Position numbers and translations under genes: made by a program. A stretch of DNA of 63,733 nucleotides, counting the filler, from Octopus bimaculoides (Eukaryota), in assembly GCF_001194135.2 (NCBI RefSeq). It is 6 parts of 6 records of this genome, joined end to end, with 100 filler letters (N's around TTAATTAATTAA, not from the genome) between each part and the next. Parts side by side here need not be neighbours in the genome. Positions count along the whole stretch, not along the records: positions 62,281 to 63,733 come from NW_026436275.1; 5 more parts are not named here. One strand, written 5' to 3'. The notes beneath the pieces were generated by a model. That model was not told the origin of the DNA. It saw only the letters and a list, made by a program, of their open reading frames with translations, and ran no database searches. The first letter of the stretch is position 1. Every line of letters starts with the position of its first letter. Positions 63,260-63,733 of this stretch are shown here, one piece after another.

Positions 63260-63603
63260 ATCTCCGCCAAGGCAACACCAACGTCCTCCCAACGATTAGC
63301 CAGAGATGATTTGGAAAATGAGAATATCTGAAATAAACTCGACTGCTCTCACAACTGAAAATACTAAAAATGAACCTGACCCCTCTCAAAAATTAACTTA
63401 AAAATACCGGGAAAATAATCCAGAATCCTTGTCTGGTACCTGATTGATCCCAAAATGTAATCAGTTCGTGCCAGTCACGAGGCCAAACATTCCTGAAGGT
63501 TTCATCAGAATCCATCCAGCGGTTCTTGAGATATCTTGTCCACGGACAAACTAACAAACACGACTGAAAACAATATCTCCGCCTTCACTAAGGTGGAGGT
63601 AAT
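63260..63603 (+). mobile_element. Non-autonomous Helentron/HINE-like element
   Basis: 5' tctccgccaagg; 3' hairpin atctccgcctt-cact-aaggtggaggt; internal gtttcatca(g/a)aatc motif also seen at about 18090-18110. Confidence 0.5.
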
Positions 63604-63733
63604 AATAACTACATGTTTTAACACTGTTAGGAAATATTTGGTCGTGACTGTTGCACTGATGTTGCAAATATATTGATTCGAATTACAAATGGAACTAGAA
63701 AAAATTTTATATGTGTGTGTGTGTGTGTGTGTG

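Overview
AT-rich eukaryotic genomic DNA, dense in microsatellites and transposons and broken by several assembly gaps. The SINE/RTE repeat families suggest an octopus/cephalopod genome (inference). The only host gene I can support is the 5' part of XPNPEP1 (cytosolic Xaa-Pro aminopeptidase) on the minus strand: coding exons 8789-8902, 4158-4221 and 3778-3882, all with canonical GT-AG junctions; the gene presumably continues below base 1. The rest is mainly mobile DNA: three mariner relics, piggyBac-type and Mutator-type MITEs, several tRNA-derived SINE families, RTE LINE 3' ends, two Tx1/L1-like 3' ends, a 171-bp LTR relic and a Helentron-like element. There are no bacterial-type features such as CRISPR or rRNA. 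The best candidate for something new is at 51.0-54.1 kb. Two diverged, apparently 5'-intact retroelements encoding a Tx1/L1-like ORF1 protein lie head to head, and each interrupts the tRNA-like head of a SINE. One is bounded by a perfect 15-bp target-site duplication, ends in AATAAA, and is only about 1.57 kb, with no visible endonuclease or reverse transcriptase. That fits an ORF1-only non-autonomous element, but a 456-N gap inside it leaves this unproven. Other notable items are a chain of retroelements strung on an (ATT)n microsatellite (43.3-45.2 kb) and a minimal hammerhead-ribozyme-like motif (58576-58620, minus). All alignments and mismatch counts were done by eye.
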